Below, one piece after another: positions 9,128 through 11,479 of a stretch of DNA of 11,479 bases. The stretch is taken from assembly GCA_003559395.1 (NCBI GenBank), contig PWLL01000004.1:1-11479 (forward strand), written 5' to 3'. The notes beneath the pieces are model-generated. The model saw only the letters and a program-made list of their open reading frames with translations, was not told the origin of the DNA and did not search any database. Position 1 is the stretch's first letter; every line of letters starts with the position of its first letter. The position numbers and the translations under genes are program-made. Source of the stretch: Candidatus Iainarchaeum sp. Its GTDB lineage: Archaea > Iainarchaeota > Iainarchaeia > Iainarchaeales > CSSED10-239.

Positions 9128-9697
9128 ATGAGCGATATGGAGGAACTTAATAGTAAAAAATTAAATGAAACACCTGATATCTATAGTTATAATTGTGCGG
9201 GGTACGCACTTGGAGAAAAGTTTTGGTTTGACTGTAATGGAGATAGTTTAGTGAGGGGAAGACATGAAGATGTTTTAACAGAGATACTTGAAGATTCTTT
9301 TACTGATATTCGCATAATTAATAGTGAAAGCGAACTTAAAGATGAGGAAGATTTAGTTTATTTCAGATTAGGGTATGATGAGGAAAAATATGAAGAAGAT
9401 AATTTTTTCACATACAATGACTTCCACTTTGTCCGCAAATTTAGAGATATAGAAGAATTTTGGCATAAGTGTGGTATAAGTACTATTGAAAAATTTACAC
9501 AAGATATATATGATAGCTGGGAAGCCCCAGGTTTTCTTTATGAAGGAAAAATTACCCTTTTAGCAATTCCAAAAGAAAATAAAATTGTTTATAATGAAGA
9601 GAAAGTTAAAAAATATAAAGGAACTGTTTTTGAACTATTAAGCGACATGATTAAGCCTATAGACGATAGTGATTTTTACGAAGCGGAAGTTTCTTAA
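9128..9697 (+). CDS. Acidic hypothetical protein (189 aa)
   Basis: Long ORF. The GGA of the RBS is only 1 nt from the ATG at 9128, so the in-frame ATG at 9137 (MEELN..) may be the true start. Confidence 0.7.
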   Translation: MSDMEELNSKKLNETPDIYSYNCAGYALGEKFWFDCNGDSLVRGRHEDVLTEILEDSFTDIRIINSESELKDEEDLVYFRLGYDEEKYEEDNFFTYNDFHFVRKFRDIEEFWHKCGISTIEKFTQDIYDSWEAPGFLYEGKITLLAIPKENKIVYNEEKVKKYKGTVFELLSDMIKPIDDSDFYEAEVS

Positions 9698-9704
9698 AAT
9701 TATA

Positions 9705-9737
9705 AACGTGGCGCTTAACAACGCTGCGTTTTTTTTA
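9705..9737 (+). terminator. Intrinsic terminator
   Basis: AACGTGGCG-cttaacaa-CGCTGCGTT is a 9-bp stem with two G:U pairs, followed by a T-run. Confidence 0.75.
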
Positions 9738-9800
9738 TGCAACTTATACAAAATTATATAAGCTCAGGGTACAAAAGTTTTCCTTTAGTGTGTTTATATA

Positions 9801-10220
9801 TAGTCTTGGTAAGAAAATAAGAATAAAAGTGGGATATTGTTTATAAAAATGATTAAATGTCGAAATCGGCACATACCATTTTTTCTCTTTATTTCCCCAC
9901 TCCACCTCTCCGCACTACAATTTTTTACATGAAAAACAGCAACTCTTTTGGATCTCGCTACATAGTCTTGGTAAGCTCGTTCTTCTTTCTCGATCTCCTT
10001 TAACGCTACCTTTTAGCTACTATATATATAGTCTTGGTAAGCTCGTCCTCCCTTAATTTCATCCCTTAACTACTATGTTTATGTTTATATTTATATTTTT
10101 ATCTCCTTCCCCCATGTATAAATGCCACAGTTTGTATATAAGTAACTATATATATAATCTTGGTAAGCTCGTTCTCCCTTAACGCCATCCTTTAGCTACT
10201 ATATATATAATCTTGGTAAG
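9801..10220 (+). repeat. Degenerate 53-66-bp repeat family with the 13-nt core TA(G/A)TCTTGGTAAG (5 copies)
   Basis: Cores lie at 9801, 9963, 10029, 10155 and 10208. Four units extend as ..TATATATA(G/A)TCTTGGTAAGCTCGTTCTCCCTTAACGC.A.CCTTTAGCTAC. They are arranged as two tandem pairs. Confidence 0.8.
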
Positions 10221-10293
10221 CTGGATCTCCTTTAATGTTATCTTTTACATCTTGTATAATCTTTGTTCTTTTGTTAACATCTCACTTCACCTT

Positions 10294-10325
<32 letters not shown>

Positions 10326-10344
10326 TTTTTCCCCTTTATACGCG

Positions 10345-10365
10345 TAGACGCAAAAAGGAAGGCGT
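10345..10365. terminator. Bidirectional terminator hairpin
   Basis: AAGGAAGGC-GTA-GCCTTCCTT, flanked by AAAAA on the left and TTTT on the right. It shares the core AAGGCGTAGCCTT with the hairpin at 10408-10428. Confidence 0.65.
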
Positions 10366-10407
10366 AGCCTTCCTTTTAAGTGACGCGTTCGCTCCAAGTC
10401 GCCGACA

Positions 10408-10428
10408 GAAGAAGGCGTAGCCTTCTTC
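10408..10428. other. Second GC hairpin with the same AAGGCGTAGCCTT core
   Basis: GAAGAAGGC-GTA-GCCTTCTTC. There is no T-run on either side. It lies in a local GC-rich island (about 10330-10450) within otherwise AT-rich DNA. Confidence 0.6.
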
Positions 10429-10569
10429 TTAGGCGCGCAGGAGACGATAAATATTCCCGTAAAGCAAACCCATGCTACATATAAGACTATATACTAATCA
10501 ATCTATATGCTATATGTAACAAACACACAGGCAAACTTTAAAATTATGATATAGAAATTTTATATACCT

Positions 10570-10731
10570 TTATTTATCTATAATTAGTTTAACGATACAA
10601 TACCCTAGAAAGTTCTTCAAACTTTCGATCCGTACATTCTTCATATTGTCTTTTTGCCTCCGACTGAATAAATTCGTTGCATTTAAAGTTTGTCCAACCT
10701 CATTTATATAAATGTTATTTTCTCTGTTCAT
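10570..10731 (-). CDS. Hypothetical protein (53 aa, start revised)
   Basis: The ORF track starts at 10758, but the internal ATG at 10731 (MNRENNIY..) has an AAGGAGA RBS 7 nt upstream. The upstream ATG has none. Confidence 0.55.
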   Translation of the reverse strand: MNRENNIYINEVGQTLNATNLFSRRQKDNMKNVRIESLKNFLGYCIVKLIIDK

Positions 10732-10942
10732 TTTAATTCTCCTTGTGCGTAATGTCAAATATAATATACAAATTAAACTTTTTTGTCCATTATATTAAAC
10801 ATTAAATTGCAATTACAATTATATATTATATGTTATTAAACAATTACTTGTGCGGGAGGAACTTCAAATTCAACATCAAATCCAAGTGTTTTTAATATTT
10901 TTAATATTAATTCTTCATTTAAATTGAGGTAGTCTATTTCAA

Positions 10943-11128
10943 CTATAACATTACTCCCTTTACTACAGGTAATACCCCAATATAGTCTGTGCCCTCTGCA
11001 AGACATTTTTTACATACCCATTTCATTTGTGGCGGGTTGGAGCAAAGTATCAAATCTGTTTTGTATATTTTTTCATGGATACACTCTTCTATATTGCCTT
11101 GTTCTTGAGCAGATTCCAATTTTTTCAT
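10943..11128 (-). CDS. Hypothetical Cys-rich protein (61 aa)
   Basis: ORF with a GAGGT RBS, 9 nt after the stop of 11138-11398. It has four Cys residues (ECIHE..LILCS..WVCKKC). Confidence 0.6.
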   Translation of the reverse strand: MKKLESAQEQGNIEECIHEKIYKTDLILCSNPPQMKWVCKKCLAEGTDYIGVLPVVKGVML

Positions 11129-11137
11129 TCTTCTACC

Positions 11138-11398
11138 TCACATCTTTCTTCCACAATTCGGACAATAATTATATGGAGTGTCTATGTTCCGTGTTGTTAT
11201 CCCTGTAATATCCTTAAAATGATTGCATGAAACAATTTTGTGCTCCTCTATTCCTCTGCAATAGAAACATGCTCTTGGCTTTATGGCTTCATAAACATCC
11301 TTAGTTTCAAATGTTGCTTCACCAATTCCTTTTAAAGATACTGTCACTGTATCGCAATTCACTAATGCATCCATAAACTCTGCGTATACGTCTTTCAT
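11138..11398 (-). CDS. Zinc-ribbon protein (86 aa)
   Basis: ORF with a GGAGGTAGGAGA RBS. The zinc-ribbon motifs are CFYC..(H/C) and CPNCGRKM at the C-terminus. Confidence 0.65.
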   Translation of the reverse strand: MKDVYAEFMDALVNCDTVTVSLKGIGEATFETKDVYEAIKPRACFYCRGIEEHKIVSCNHFKDITGITTRNIDTPYNYCPNCGRKM

Positions 11399-11463
11399 TC
11401 TCCTACCTCCAAAATTCTTTCTATTATTTTTCCACCAAAAGAATTTCTACATAGATTTACAAA

Positions 11464-11479
11464 AGATCGGAAGAGCACA
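11464..11479. other. Illumina adapter prefix (non-biological)
   Basis: AGATCGGAAGAGCACA equals the first 16 nt of the TruSeq read-through adapter AGATCGGAAGAGCACACGTCTGAACTCCAGTCA. Confidence 0.9.

Noticed and set aside
11027-11230. 67-aa plus-strand ORF.
   Set aside because: It is antisense to two minus-strand genes that have RBSs. It has no RBS of its own.

Overview
This is an AT-rich, phage-like window. Nearly every unit has a consensus TTGAC(A/T)-N17-TATA(A/C)T promoter and a strong AGGAG ribosome-binding site (RBS). The protein genes are small: a DEDDh exonuclease, a T5orf172/GIY-YIG-like protein, a YopX-like protein, zinc-ribbon proteins and several hypotheticals.

The centre of the window, about 3280-8290, is an RNA island with only two small CDSs. 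By hand folding it holds 23 tRNA or tRNA-like genes in three blocks, all on the + strand with CCA encoded. They cover every amino acid except Cys.

The main observations are:
- Two minigenes in the tRNA array that look like the tRNA-like domain (TLD) of tmRNA with the whole mRNA-like and pseudoknot body missing (6146-6224 and 6308-6373).
- A 565-nt GC-enriched structured RNA candidate closed by a perfect 25-bp long-range helix (7246-7810). Its size and its phage/tRNA context are reminiscent of the ROOL/GOLLD class.
- A second structured RNA candidate of about 380 nt (3311-3690).
- An 11-copy family of small hairpins with a conserved AGAC-N3-AAAC loop. The copies flank or sit inside these RNAs.

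Outside the island there are:
- A 12-mer, TTAGTTGGGTAA, present 14 times, including a 7-copy iteron-like array at about 19-bp spacing upstream of a promoter.
- A repeat, (TA)n and GC-hairpin region at 9800-10430, which could be an origin, packaging site or regulatory region.
- An Illumina adapter prefix at the 3' end of the window.

All RNA calls are hand folds. They need covariance-model confirmation.
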